From: Bacteriovoracaceae bacterium
Lineage (GTDB): Bacteria > Bdellovibrionota > Bacteriovoracia > Bacteriovoracales > Bacteriovoracaceae
Length of the DNA: 28,152 bases
Assembly (NCBI GenBank): GCA_049599895.1
Contig: JBMYPC010000028.1
Coordinates: 1-28,152, forward strand
Direction of reading: 5' to 3'
Under the pieces are notes generated by a model. The model was not told the DNA's origin. It searched no databases and worked only from the letters and a program-made list of their open reading frames with translations. The translations under genes were made by a program, and so were the position numbers. This document shows, one piece after another, positions 27,734 through 28,152 of the stretch; positions within the stretch are counted from its first letter, which is position 1; every line of letters begins with the position of its first letter.

Positions 27734-28152
27734 CTATTTCCCTTTCAGTTTAGGGTCTAATGCATCTCTTAAAGCATCTGCAAGGAGGTTAAAAGCCAGT
27801 ACTATTATAAACATAGCGAATGTCGCTGCGGCAAGTTGCCACCAAACATCACGAGCTAGTTCAAGCTTAGCGTCATCAATCATTCTCCCCCAACTTGGCT
27901 TCCCTTGAACCCCAAGGCCAAGATAAGAAAGAATCACCTCAGATTTAATCGCAATCATAAATTGTAATGAAAAATTAATAATAACAATGTGAAGAACATT
28001 GGGAAGAATGTGGCGGAAAAGCTTTCGAAAATGCCCTGCCCCAAGAGACTCGGCTGCCTGAACATATTCACGATCTTTATGCCTCATAACCTCTGCACGA
28101 ATCATACGACAAAGAGTCACCCAACTTGTAAGGCCGAGGGCCAAACATACTG
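27734..28152 (-). CDS. oppC: Oligo/dipeptide ABC transporter permease (OppC/DppC), 5' partial
   Basis: EAA-like motif EYVQAAESLGA, HILPN, LSYLGLG, PSWG and DALRDALDPK. Confidence 0.92.
   Translation of the reverse strand, partial: VCLALGLTSWVTLCRMIRAEVMRHKDREYVQAAESLGAGHFRKLFRHILPNVLHIVIINFSLQFMIAIKSEVILSYLGLGVQGKPSWGRMIDDAKLELARDVWWQLAAATFAMFIIVLAFNLLADALRDALDPKLKGK

Overview
This is an AT-rich bacterial window, probably from a Bdellovibrionota/Bacteriovoracia-like organism (inferred from gene content only). From left to right it holds: (1) a minus-strand chemotaxis operon behind a sigma28-type promoter (cheA split at a G9 tract, cheW, a NIT-domain MCP, a CheR-REC-CheB-like fusion and an N-terminally extended cheB); (2) oxyR, a broken VOC gene, an iota-carbonic anhydrase-like gene with a GC-rich structured 5' leader, and a divergent ArsM-like methyltransferase; (3) housekeeping genes (histidine phosphatase, hemJ, a DedA-flavin disulfide reductase fusion, a MazG-like protein, an OmpR-family regulator, murG, an FMN glutamate synthase-family gene); (4) a decayed ~3 kb accessory island ending at tRNA-Leu(TAG), with S1/P1 nuclease, lytic transglycosylase plus partner, DUF1513-like and integrase fragments and a 32-bp direct repeat; (5) two sigma28-preceded hypothetical genes; (6) the oppCDF/dppCDF ABC transporter genes. 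The best leads are the unassigned riboswitch-like leader, the poly-G switch in cheA and the repeat-flanked transglycosylase cassette. All calls come from motif reading, not database searches.
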